NCBI GenBank assembly: GCA_964035545.1
Contig: OZ037769.1
Span: 6,181,929 to 6,245,928 of the forward strand
DNA: 64,000 bases
Source: Bugula neritina
Taxonomy: Eukaryota; Animalia; Bryozoa
Direction of reading: 5' to 3'
The translations under genes were made by a program, and so were the position numbers. The notes under the pieces are model-generated. The model worked only from the letters and a program-made list of their open reading frames with translations. It was not told the DNA's origin and made no database searches. Positions 30,986 to 44,194 of the stretch are shown in pieces (positions within the stretch are counted from its first letter, which is position 1; each line of letters begins with the position of its first letter).

Positions 30986-32739
30986 AAATGTGTTAGTTCA
31001 AGTTTAACTTGACACATAATGATAAAACCAAAAATCAAAATTAAAGTAAAACAAAGTGAAAATGAAACTCAAACTGTAAGTAAAACAACTTCAAGAGTTA
31101 AAGTTTACCAACTATGAAATTTAAGTTACAAGTTACAATGATTCGTTAACTACTCCTAGTCTTGCTTATACTTATAGACTATAGCCATATTGATATTCGT
31201 ATTGATCATGATGTATACTAATAGTAATAGTAATACAGTATATTATCATCAATATGGTATGACTATGAGTATCAGTATGAGCCTATACAAAAAATTAAAA
31301 AACGGTCATTTTCAAAATGAATATGGAAATCAACTTTATTTTAAAAATAATCGACAGAAAAGCTGAACCATAGTTCTATAATTTAAATTTGCATAATGAT
31401 AATCATTAAAAAAAAGTCTTATACGTTATATGATTACTACTATAAGGTAATAAAGGTGATTGTAGTCGAAGTTTTGTCTATAATATAGGCTGCTGTGTGG
31501 TCAGTGGTCGGTCTTTCATCGTTGAAATGAAAATGTGCTTATGTTTATATTACAAAAACGCCTTGTGAGTGGTCACTTCGAAATTTTCATAGAACAGTGA
31601 TGTGGAAGGCGACGTTTAAAATATCGATATTTAATTTGTTTTAAATGATGGAATGCGACACAAACACTGCTTTAAATTTACGCGCGGTGCTCGCTTATGC
31701 CGTATTCAGAGCTAGATTTGGTTACACAACTACCAGCACCACGCTGTCTACCTTGTACTTATACTTGCATTCTACAACGATTAGATTACTCTCAGTAACA
31801 TCAGTATAATATTCTATAAATTTGAAAGTCGAAGTGCATGCACATAAGATTATAACCAAGTATTTTAGCAACTAATACTATGATCATTAAATTTAATCAT
31901 AATCAAATTGAATATCAATATGATATTGATAATGAATATCAATATCAATATCAATATGAATATGTCATTGTGATTGGAATTGTCGTTCACGTTGTAATTG
32001 ATATTCATATTCATATTCATATTGATAATGATTAATCCTTAGATTTAATGATTATCATTGACATGTGATAGTGATTAATATTAATATTTATATTATCACT
32101 TTATCATCACCATTATCATTATGATTATCACGTCATACTGATTCTCAGATCTTATCTACTCTGCAAAGATGAAATGCATCATCATGATCAATATCATCAT
32201 CATGCATTGCCTTTTCTTGATCTGACACTGATAGTGATACTTGTACAATGTACATAGTCATACTCATACTCATAGTGATACTGATAGTGAGACTGGTACT
32301 TCAAGTTCATAGTTGGTCATACTCACCAATAATTTACGGGCATAATGATATTCATATTGAATTTGATATTGATAAGCCTCATATAATGATTATGATTAAA
32401 TTTAATAATTATCAATACCATTAATCATAATGATTATGATTATCATCATCACTTAATCATTATGATGATGATATTCATCACCATCATTAAGTTTAACTGA
32501 ATCAGAATATATTGTAAAACTTCTCTTTTTCCTGAGCTAAAATTCCTATTTTTTGTTAAATCAATTATAGAATGTAACTTAAACTATCACTATGTAACTG
32601 TATGTGTAATTAATATAAGGATTTTACTTTTAGAATTTATTAATAATACTTATAATATTAATAATAATATTAGTAAGTTGTAGAAGAGTTCACAACTAGT
32701 ACTACTAGTTGTAGTTAAGCCAAGCTTATGAGTAGTTAT

Positions 32740-33259
32740 CAGGTTTGGGGTAAATCACTAATTATAAATTGTAATTGGTTGTAATTAATTACATTTTTTC
32801 AAGTAATTGAAGGTAGTTTGTAATTAATGTATAAAAATTGTAATTGTAATTAATTATGTAACTAATGTAATTGATTTTTACAATTACTTTATAGTTACAT
32901 AACGATTATCTAGATTTTTAAATCTTATAAAATTCATACTTTTCCTACCATGCATACTGGTTAATAAAAAGTTTAAGTAATTGAGTGTAGTATTGTGTCA
33001 CCTTATTAGTTACTGTTGAGAACAAAGTAGGTTCTCCGCTGTCAAAATTGCCTGGGTAGTTGGACCCCAAAAGTGAAATCATATAACTTCCATTTGTCCT
33101 TTGTGAGAACAAAAGTAATAATAACTGTAATTAATTACATTACCATTTAATTGTAGTTGTAACTAATTACATTAATTTTAACTGTAATTATAATTGTAAT
33201 TGACAAATTTTTATGTAATTGTAATTAATTACATTCATATGTAATTGACCCAAACCCTG
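32740..33259. mobile_element. hAT-type MITE with GTAATT/AATTAC subterminal repeats
   Basis: TIRs caggtttggggtaaat / attgacccaaaccctg. Perfect 8-bp TSD gtagttat at 32732-32739 and 33260-33267. Dense gtaattaattac motifs at both ends. Confidence 0.9.
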
Positions 33260-34300
33260 GTAGTTATATCATTGGGTTGCCAATCCAATCATTTTGAATA
33301 ATTGTGGCTAATGACTAATGAGGCAATTTTTTCCTGAAATTGAAGCTAAAAGCATTTTGAATCATACAGTTATTAATAAAAAAATAAAGCAATTAGCATT
33401 TTGTTTAAACTTTTTAGTTAAATTTTTAGTTCAATTTAAAATAAATATAATTTTACATTTAATAATAATTGTCACAAAAATGTAAATGTTAATTTAAATA
33501 CTAATCAACCATATGTAAATAATATTAAGTAGATCTAAATTCTAAATCAATAAATTGAGTGTTAAAGTACAGGATAGAAGCTTTATGCAAACCTTAACAT
33601 ATAAGTCACCAAAGTTAGTTGACTTTAAAATTGATCATTTAGTTTTACAGCATAATTATGTTTTAGAATGCTACGCCTGTGTAAGTGAATGTGTATTTTT
33701 ATAAGGAATGAAAGAGTGTAATAATTATATATTTAATAGGTGAAGTAGTTTTTTGATAAAAGATGTGCTTGCAATCGAAAGATCAATCATTGTTTCTTAT
33801 ATTAACATTAGTCTATTACAAATTGATTGGTTGTCAGTAAAAAGTTCAAAACAATAGTAAGATGATTTGAAAATAAACCATTCTATGGGAATTTCCTTGC
33901 TTTAAATATTTAAAAATATCTCTAGGCTCAATTAATAAGCTGTCAATTTACTTGATACGTTGACAATTTATATTTTCTCTTACTTTAATAGAATTGTTAG
34001 TAACCACTGTCTATTTTAATAAAATTATGCTGATTTGTATTATATATCCTTTTATTATAATAGAGCATTTTACTGCATATCTATGCAAATAATTTGTTAT
34101 CTAAAGTGGCATTATAACTGCAGGCTTATTTGAAGGGTATTTCATTTGAGTGTGTTCTTATTTTATCATGATGTTTACAAAGTCTAAGTTGTTAGATGGT
34201 GTTGTGTTTTGCAGTTGTTGACTGTTTTTACTGCAGTCTATGCTCGTAACAATTCATGTTTCTATTTTTAGAGTCCTTATAGTACACAGAATATTTTGCA

Positions 34301-35685
34301 ATGGTGTCTCGCATCTACGTTCTATCTTTATATCACAAGCTGCTAAGGGAAGGAAGCAAGTTTCACAACTACAACTTTAGGTAAGTGGAAAGTAGTTATG
34401 GAGGTTACATGGTTAAACCTTACTAATATACCAAGTGGAAGTTTCATGGTTAAATCTTACTAATATACTAAACAGTTTATACGTGAAACTTATGGTACAA
34501 GTCCCGGATGATTGATGTAAAAGATTTGAGATTTTTTTCTGCAGTTTCTGCCAAGACCAATTTCATGCTCTTCTTTTAACTACTAATTGCTATATATCTA
34601 TGTTTTGGTTTATTTTCATGTAATGCCTCAGTGCATTAGCTAGTTGTTTCAATTTATGAGGCTATTGGCAGCCTGAAGCAATTATGTTTGCTGTTTATTG
34701 AAGAGAGTACACATTGCGAAGAACTAGAGATGCTTTTAAAGTAAACAAAAGTGAAACTGACCCTACCAAAATGAAAAGTCTTGTAGAAGAAGCAGAGAAA
34801 AATCTGGCCATGCTTCAAAGACAGGTAAATATGTTTGTTATAAACTCTGATTTTAGACCTCTTGTCTTAGTCTACTGTTTGATATGTATTTTGTTTATTG
34901 TAACTGTTGGTACTTTGTGCCATTTGGATTAAGAGAACTTCAGAGTTTTAATAAAATTAATGAATCTATGCATAACACACATATGCACATGCTTACACAC
35001 ATACGCATTCACAGGCAGTATGGAAACTATTTTGTTGCCATCTGTGATTTGAAAATACAAATATTTTATTCTTTTTTTCAACTGTTTACTGTTATAGCTT
35101 TTTATCACCACTTTAAAACTGTTCAACGATTTGTCCACAGTTTATGTGAACCAACAATTACAAAAATGAGTTGATAGATTAAAATGACAAGTTTTTTAAA
35201 ATAGGATTTTTTCTGCAAAGTTTGTGCACTCAGTTGGAAAAGAGGAATGCTTTGTGTGGTAGTTGTTTGTGTGTAGAAACTGATTTCTTAGGCGTTAACT
35301 GGTTTCAAAAAACGTCTGTCTATCTTTCTAGTTTAAATTTAGAAAATTATTAATTTTAAAGTGTTATCAGTTTTTTAACAGCAGAAAAATTTAAAATAAA
35401 CATGAGCAATTTTGATGAAATAAATATCTGTTGTTTCATCAAAAATATCTCCATGTGGACTAATCTTTAGTTTTTCTATTTAATTCATGAGCTAATTTAA
35501 TGTAAGTTATTGTTTAACATTCATTAATTTTGATTTCTACTAATTAATTGTCGAAGATTATAGTTCTATTACTGAGTACTGGACAATAAAATTCTGCTCT
35601 GTTGTAGGTGATGTTAGGAAATGCTTTCTCTCATGAATCCGTTATGAACAGAGAGTTCTCCAAGACTAAAGTGCCTCCTACATGA
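34301..35685 (+). CDS. LYRM4: LYR motif-containing protein 4 (ISD11; Fe-S cluster assembly), 3 exons
   Basis: Exons 34301-34380, 34704-34824 and 35608-35685 give [42 protein letters not shown]...LAMLQRQVMLGNAFS..., matching the LYRM4 consensus (VLSLYR...F..YNYR.YA.RR.RDAF..NK...RQV.IG). Confidence 0.9.
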
Positions 35686-37304
35686 GTTTTATTTTATCTG
35701 TTGTAAAGAATTATTTAGACTTGGAATTCAAATTATACTCCTTTTAATCTGCTATTTAATCAGCAGTTTTAAGAAGTTGAATCAAGTTTGTGCATTTTAA
35801 CAACGGATTCTATAGCCAAAATTGTATTACGTTCATGTAATGTATTATTTATATAGAATTTACATCTTTCTACCTTGAGAAATAATATAATGTAAGTCTG
35901 AAATAATACAATTGATGTTTTTACTTCTATTCAGGCTATATTCATGTTTTGAAATATTAATACTTGTAACTGAAAACTGTTGTGGAAGTTGTAGATTTGT
36001 AAATCAAAATTACATCGCAAGCTGGAATAATGCTTAACGTGTTGTATGGGTAAAATGTATATTGATATAAATAAATTTCATATTCTACACTCATTTCTTA
36101 TTTTGTATAGTCTTAAAACGTACAAATTGTATTGAAAGTTATACCTGTGTGCAATATGACCGATAGTTGCTATTAAATGAAAGTGCCAAAAATGTTTTCA
36201 TTTGTTTGTTTTTGCTAAACGGTTTTTAGAGAACACAACTTCAACAATGTTGTACCAACAGTTTCAGTAAAAAAGAGAAGCAAAGTTATTCGCTAGCAAA
36301 CTTAACCTTAGATTTTCAAACCCACTATATCTTGTGTATAATACAATGACTTCTTGTGAGCGATAACTGAGTAGTCCGCAGCTTGGTTGGAAACATTAAA
36401 CTTTTTGTTTACGCTCAAAGGTCACTTCTTCAGAAGGCCTGGAAGTAAAAGGAGACGAAGTCAATCGCAGGATTTCATTTTGCAAGTAGTATGTATATGA
36501 ATACTCGTTTGTCAATTATATGTCTATTATTTTATCAATTAGGAATGACCGACTAATCTTTTGTGACCTATAATGATTATTTGAATAGTTTTTCATGTTA
36601 TTCCTAGTCTTACCGATGGCGGTTACCCTGGGCCTGTGGCCTGTCCCTTGTCAGTTGTCACTGTGAGTGTGACTGTGCTATAAAATAACTATAAGAAATT
36701 TTCAAGTAAAAATAGATGATCATGCTACCGTTGTCATAGATGTAGTAATAATAACAGTGAATAAAATACTGTTTTACTATTGGTGTAGTGATAAGCTAAA
36801 ATAAAAATATAAATTAAAATTGTGTTACTGAATTTAATTTAATATGTAGGATTTTATCTGCCTAGATATTACTATTAGTATTACTATTACAGCAATACTA
36901 TTAGTATTAGTGTTGAGTTACTTACTTTTATTCTTATAGTTATAGTAATAGTATAAGTATTACAGTCGAAATTTTGAACTTTAACTTGTATTACTATTAG
37001 TATAAATATAACAAATATATGATTATAATAATATTATATTTAAATATTAGACAAACGTTTTATTTTGATGTTGAATTATATTGTCAAATCCGATGCATCT
37101 GTATATATTATAAATATGATAGCCCCTTTACAGTTTTTTTTTAAAAGACAAAGTATTTTCAACATGAATATTAGCTTATCAATGTGACCATAAAGCCAAG
37201 CTAAGCAAAATATAACATCTCTTCATATGATTAATTTATTAATTCTTCATTTTCATTGCACATTTTAATGTCAAGCTTTTGATGCTTTTCAGTCTTGACT
37301 GAGA

Positions 37305-40300
37305 ATGGCAGCGGCATTAACATTGGCAGCGAGGTCTTTGCTGCACAAGAAGGTGCACCAGGTGTGTTCAGTAGTCAGCTCTAAATACAGCAGCGCTATT
37401 GCTGATAATCACAACCCGGCAGCACTGAGAGAGCGATGGGCTAAGCCTCAGTTTGATTTAAAAAAGATGACCGAGGTGCTTGATCACGACAATCTGAGTA
37501 TGAGGCAGGAAATGAGAGAGTTCCTTAGAGATCCGTTATTCACGCCTCGGTTAGTCTAAATATGCTTTTTTCAGTAGGCCTTGTGGTTTTCTGTGAAGAT
37601 CTAGTTTTTCTGGCATGCTACTTTTCATATTTTTTGGTCATAATACTATTAGATCAGAAAAATAATTGAATTAGAAAAGAGAGATGATTCAAGTGCTGTA
37701 AACACTTGTAAATTATTTAATATTTTTTTAAAAAGCTTTCATTTTTTACTGCAATTACTCTGACTCAACTTATAAAAATGCTGACACTCTGATGATGCTG
37801 ACGTTGTAAGTTTATCCATCTCTTGCCGGTCCTTATAAGTTATAACAAACTTCTCTATTTTCCATACTCAGGTACAACATTTCTCTGTCAGATGAACGAG
37901 ATGTTGCATTGGAGCGGCTAAAGAAGATTTGTGATGCTGGTTTCATTTCTGTTCTTAACTTTGAAGATAATCCGGGAAAGATCTTCGCTGCTCACGAGCT
38001 AGCTGCCATAGTTGACTCCGCTATGGCCACCAAGATGACCGTCCAGTTTAACTTGTTTGGTAAATTTTCTAGCGTCTAGTAATTTGCTTTAATTGAGTAA
38101 TTTGTTGATCTGGTACGCTGGAGTATATTTCTTACTAAATATTTCTGTTCCTCCAATACAGTGTATAGATGAGTATTAGTGTATATTTGCTAGTTGAGAA
38201 TGCTAGAAGATGTACAGATGTTAAGGATACTCATAGATATATGAGTATATTCCTCGTGTAGTACAGTCATCCATGTTGTATGAATTGTACTACAGGTTGC
38301 TACATGGTGTATACTTTACTTGTGTGGTACTGTGTTGCTTCTTGTGTATACTGAACTTAGGTGGCACTGTGTTACATGTTGGTACATGGTGTATACTTCA
38401 CTTAGGTGGTACTGTGTTACATGTTGCCTATCGTGTATACTTTACTTAGATGGTGCTGTGTTACATATTACCTATGACGTATACTTAGGTGGTACTGTGT
38501 TACACGTTGCCTATGGTGTATACTTAGGTGGTATTGTGTTATATGTTGCCTATGGTGTATACTTCACTTAGGTGGCACTGTGTTGAAGCTTGGCACACAG
38601 AGACACCACTCAAAGCTACTCAAAGGAATTGACACACTCGAAGATGTCGGATGCTTCGGTCTGACAGAGCTAGGATACGGTATGTTGTAATTCCTTGTAA
38701 CTAGCAATCCTAGCTTATATAGGTTTTAGTCTAGAAAATTCTGATAAAAGTAGTCAGACTTTTAAAAACAAATTGCTACCAAGTTTTCAAATTGTATAAA
38801 TTTTTTTAATTCGAGTGCTACTGTAATAATATTCAGTTTAGTTTTGAACTGCAGTTAAAGTGTTTCAGCTACACCTCACATATAATCCCATATTGCATTT
38901 CTATACTATTTGAACTGTGTGGCTGTAGGTATATTATTAGTGTGTTTCTCACAGCAAATATTGATTCTTCTATATACATCAGCTTGTTTTTTTCTCTTGC
39001 TGACTCATATTCTTTCTCTGTGCAGGTAACAACGCAGTAGAGATGGAGACAACAGCCATATTTGATAAAGACTCAGGAGAGTGGATAGTCAACAGTCCCT
39101 CCATCCTCTCTCAGAAGTACTGGATCACCAACGGGGCAGTCCACGCCAAGCATTGCGTTGTGTTTGCTAGACTCATTGTTGAGGGGAAGGATCACGGAAT
39201 ACATGGCGTCCTTGTCCAGATTCGAGACAATCAGCTCAACACAATGCCTGGTATGCTTTTCATAGTCATATGATACACACTACACTATAGCTACAGATAT
39301 AAGTACTGTATATTGTTTGTTTTTAGAATAAATTGAGAAAAATTATGTAAAAAGATAAGTGAAATGCCACCTACTATTTGTGGTTGCTATCATAATTGTG
39401 GTTGCTGTAATCTATGTTTACTATAGACGTGTCCATTGCATATAGTATGGAGTTGTCCCACTTATATACTGTTTCTTCTTATTGTGTGTTCACTTATACC
39501 TTTGCATTATATTATGTGTTTTATTAAGTAAGAGCTCAATGTTTTTGCAACTACTGCTATCTAATCAGGTGCAACTATTGCTCTATCCAATCAGGTGTAA
39601 CTATTGCTCTATCCAATCAGGTGTAACTATTGCTCTATCCAATCAGGTGTAACTATTGCTATCCAATCAGGTGTAACTATTGCTCTATCCAATCACGTGT
39701 AACTACTGCTATCCAATCACGTGTAACTATTGCTATCCAATCAGGTGTCAGGGTTGAAGACATGGGATACAAGATGCAGCTAAATGGAGTTGACAATGCT
39801 AAACTGGTGTTTGACAATGTGAGAGTGCCACGGGAAAACCTTCTCAACAAGTTCTCCGATGTCGATGAAAATGGAAACTTTTCATCACCAATAAAGGGTG
39901 GCAGAGCAAGGTGTGTATCAGTAGCTGCTACGTAATAATTATACTAATAGTTAGTGCAAGATATGTTCATAGAATATAACCCTAGGAGTACTACAACATT
40001 TTCTAGTGGACATAATATTAGCTCTATGGTTAAAAATCTCTGGGGGTAGTTGGGAGCAGCTACATACTTGCATGCTTTCTGTATTAAGATTTTTCATAGA
40101 GTATGCAACTCCAAACTTTAAGAAATATATTACTAATATGTGAGTAACAGACACTAATATCAAGTGCTACTTGAGAATTGATACTGTAGTTTGCAGGTCA
40201 TCTTGTATCTGTAGGTATACAAGTTGCAGGGTGTTTCTGTGCACCTGAAGGCATCCACTTGCTGTAGTTTTAAAAACTGTACAATTTACTACATTCTAAC

Positions 40301-43300
40301 TATAAGTAATAAAATGACTTTTGTGATTGTTTATGTAAAAGTTCTTATAGCGACTGTCAACTAAACTTGTTATAGCAACTGGCAACTGTAGTTCTTATAT
40401 CAAACTGGTATTACATGGCTAACAGCTCAGTCACTATAATTGCAGGTTTCTGACAGTAGCCGACCAGTTGTTGTCAGGTAGAATATGCATAGCCTCCATG
40501 TCACAAGGTGTAGCTAAGGCATCACTCGCTATTGCCATGAGATACGCTGCCACCCGTCTCACTGTGGGCCCTACTGGCAAGTCAGACTACTGTGAGTATA
40601 CTCTCAGCTCTTGCATTGCTCTTCTAGTTTGAAGTTGTCTGTAGCTGTAACTGTATTCCTGTTATGTTTTCCCTATATTTTCCTGCTCATTGAGTAAACC
40701 AATATGGCTGTGTGCATCTTAAGATATAGAGTAGTAAATAGTTTGAATGAAGGATTTAGTTCAAAATCAATACCACTAAATTAGATAGATTTATTGATAA
40801 AAGTAAATAATATTATGTAACCATTTACAATAATCTTCTAGGTTTTTAATGTGATTATTAATTTCTTTGTTTTCAACTTTATAATCTGCTAGTTGTTACC
40901 TAATGCTGTTAGAAAGGAGCATCATATCCCTGGTTTGTTTCAGCAATCCTGAACTATCAGCTGCAACAGAGGGCTCTGCTCCCACTTCTCGCAAGGACGT
41001 ATGCACTCAATTTTGGTCTAGACTATGTCAAGGTAACTCGAATCAATTAACAATTGGTACACTCTGAAGCATTGTTGGGTGGTGTCTAAAGTTTTAGCAG
41101 TTACAATGGCAGTTTGTTTTGGGATAATTTTAGATCATGATAATTAGACCTGTATTGATGATGACAAAAAGTATGTGATATTTGCGGAACTCAACTATTT
41201 TTTTCAGAAAAAATGGTTATGTGTAAGCAACATTTTATACACATGATGCGTGAAATATGGCAGGACAATAAATACGGCGAGCTCAGCCTATAATAACAAT
41301 TTCCAACTCATGTTATTATTATGCTGTGTGAAATACACGGTAGTTGTCTTCCCACAGGATCGATATTCTAATCAGAAAGAAGATGGCAGTGAACACCAGG
41401 AAATAGTGACCATGTGCTGTGTTATTAAACCTCTTTGTGCCTGGAATGTAGAAAATGTGAGCTCAGTTTCCCGGGAACGGTGTGGAGGTCAAGGATATCT
41501 AGCTGCTAACAGATTTGGTTAGTATCATTTCATAGCCTTTGATCCTATTGTGTTATTTCATAGCCCTAAGTTCTGTTGTATCATTTCATAGCCTTTGGTC
41601 TTGTTGTGTTATTTCATAGCCCTAAGTTCTGTTGTATCATTTCATAGCCTTTGGTCTTGTTGTATTATTTCATAGCCTCGTGTTCTATCGTATTATTTCA
41701 TAGCTTTAAATTATATCAATTAAACATACATGTACAATACTTATATCAATGGAAAATTATTTTTTGCTGTTTATAAAATGTGGTATATACAATGTCTAGA
41801 ATTGACTTCAGAAATATAAAGTGTTGGCCAATGTTTTAATGGCTCTTTCATCTGCCTACTTATAAAAATAACCACTATTTTCTACTGTTCGTCAAAATAA
41901 ACCGAATTTGATTTATCAAATTAATAAGCTGAAAGTCAAACAGGTTGATTAGAGTCATGAATATATTTTGTTCTTTTCAAGATTTATTGTTTGACTTTGC
42001 AGACTTTGCAGCTTTATGAAGCTGTTGACAAACATAAATGATCTGCTCAACATTCAGCTTTTATTTTAGTTTTATGCTGGAAATTTGGCTTTCTTTGACC
42101 CAAGTGGACATAGTAGTGGAAAGCTGCATGTTTTTCTGTAACATACCCATCTTGTGTTTCAAAACATGTTTTATAAAATTACATTATTTAAATGCTTACT
42201 ATATACATAATAGCCATCATATAGTAATATACAAATCTAGGCATAAAAACTTCATGCTGGTTGCAGGTATATTTATTGGTTTATCTCATGCTGGTTGCAG
42301 GTATATTTATTGGTTTATCTCACGCTGCCATGACTGCCGAGGGAGACAACTCTGTTCTGATGCAGAAAGTGGCCAAGGAGAGACTTGCATCATTCAAACC
42401 CAGCGCTATCAAGGAAGTTCAGGCAGACGTTGATAGTACAGAATATTTACACTCGGTTCTTGCAAACAGGTAAAGTATAGCTAAGTTCTAACTAACAGTA
42501 GAGTACCACTCATTTATAAGTAACAGTAGAGTATTACTCATTTATAACTAACAGTAGATTACCACTCATTTATAAGTGACAGTAGAGTATTACTCATTTA
42601 TAAGTGACAGTAGAGTATCACTCATTTATAACTAACAGTAGAGTACTACTCAGTTTCAACAAACCATAGAGAACCGCTCAGTTATACTCACATAAGTTTA
42701 TAGTCGCTATCCCTGTGAGAACTTTTATATAATTTAAATGTACTTGTTTTTGATAACTAAAATATTTAAAAAAGTTTGTAATACAGTTTCTGCTACAATA
42801 ATACCTGTTGGTATCTGTTGCACTTTTAAATAATGTGTATGTTTTTGCATTTTGCTATTGTAAAAAAATGTCTCTTTAAAAACTGGTGATAAATGAGTAA
42901 TCAAATTGATATTGAAAGTTACTAATTGTAATAATGTTAATAAGTAGTGAATATTGGTGAATAGTAGTGCAATAGTTGTCAACTTTTTAAATCTTTAAAG
43001 CAGTTTGTCTTCTTACTAAACATATGACGATGTAGCTATCTCCTTTCACAGAGAGAACATCACGTTTATGACTCTGGGTAAGAAACTGATGAAGGCTGGC
43101 AAGGAGAACCTGTTTGAGACGTGGATGTTACAAGAGAGTGACCTGGTGCAAGCCGCCGCCCACTCTTTCGGTAAATATGATTGGCTGATAGGTTTGCCAT
43201 GCGCTTCTCTGTGCATCATTCAAACTAGCAATTGCTAGTTTACTCTCCTGCTTAATGTATCAATTCTTGTTGGCGATGAAGCACTTTTCTAGCTAATATC

Positions 43301-44194
43301 TGCACCAAGGTGGCTGAACTGAAAGTAGTCAATAAATCAGTAGCATTGTGCAGGCTGTGACATGATAAGTGTGCACGCTAACAATTACCATGTAAGTTTT
43401 TACACTGTTTGTTTCATTAAAGTTCTGAAAATGTAATTGCTTTCACGGTATCGATTTGCGTTAGATATACTAAATTTCGTTTGCAAACTGACATGTTAAG
43501 AACGTTTTAGGTGAGAGATTAGTCAGCGAGAGATTCGCTGCCGTCATAGAATCCGCCGATGAGTCACTTAAACCTACTCTGTCTCAACTTTACCACCTCC
43601 ACTTACTCAGCGTCATAGAAAATAAACTCGGAGAATTCATGCTTTCCGGTAAGTTCTAATTTATCCTGTGTTATGAAAATGTGTTATGTGCTGTTGTGCT
43701 ACACACACGGACACAGGCACGCGAATACACACGCGCGTGCACACACACATATGTTTGCGAACATACACACGTGTGAGCAATTGTACTTTCTTCTGTGACG
43801 ACAAGGGGGATAAACCCTAACACAGACAATGTATAAGATATAGTTACAAGGTTTTAATAAAGGTTTTTTCCAGCATATTTCAACTTTAACTTTTTATATG
43901 CCATCATTTCCATCTTACATATGTTAGTGTATGAGTGTGTGTGCTGTTTCTGGCAGCATTCTACTCGCTATATTTATTTATGTTATGCTTTCTATTTTAG
44001 GGGTTTTGTCACCAGAGGTTGCCCAGAAAGTGTCATCAAGAGCAGCCCAACTCTGTATCGAACTCACCCCACAATCTCTCGCCTTGACTGAAGCATTCGC
44101 AATAAATGATGAGATGCTGTCTGCCCCTATTGCTAGAGACTGGGTCAAGTATAACAAGGGAGACAACCAAGGAGAACTCGACTGTTCATACTGA
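37305..44194 (+). CDS. Acyl-CoA oxidase (ACOX3/plant ACX3-like subfamily), 12 exons, ~648 aa
   Basis: Exons 37305-37549, 37872-38059, 38572-38679, 39026-39250, 39745-39910, 40446-40591, 40944-41032, 41358-41517, 42301-42469, 43052-43170, 43511-43648 and 44001-44194 (1947 nt, in frame). Motifs: [55 protein letters not shown] (catalytic Glu), APIARDW. Confidence 0.9.
38290..38584 (+). repeat. 39-45-bp minisatellite (~7 units) copying the ACOX exon-3 acceptor
   Basis: Units carry ...acttag|gtgg(c/t)actgtgtt. AGs end at 38360, 38405, 38449, 38488 and 38527; the true acceptor AG ends at 38571. Confidence 0.9.
39548..39749 (+). repeat. 24/26-bp minisatellite (8 units) copying the ACOX exon-5 acceptor
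   Basis: Unit ccaatcag|gtgtaactattgctctat; the last unit is the real acceptor at 39744/39745. Confidence 0.93.
41514..41705 (+). repeat. ~28-bp minisatellite starting at the ACOX exon-8 donor
   Basis: Units end in atttcatagcc and several begin tttggt, like the junction tttg|gttagt. Confidence 0.85.
42490..42655 (+). repeat. 28-bp minisatellite (~6 units) just after the ACOX exon-9 donor
   Basis: Tandem taacagtagagtaccactcatttataag units, resembling the junction aacag|gtaaagta. Confidence 0.85.
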
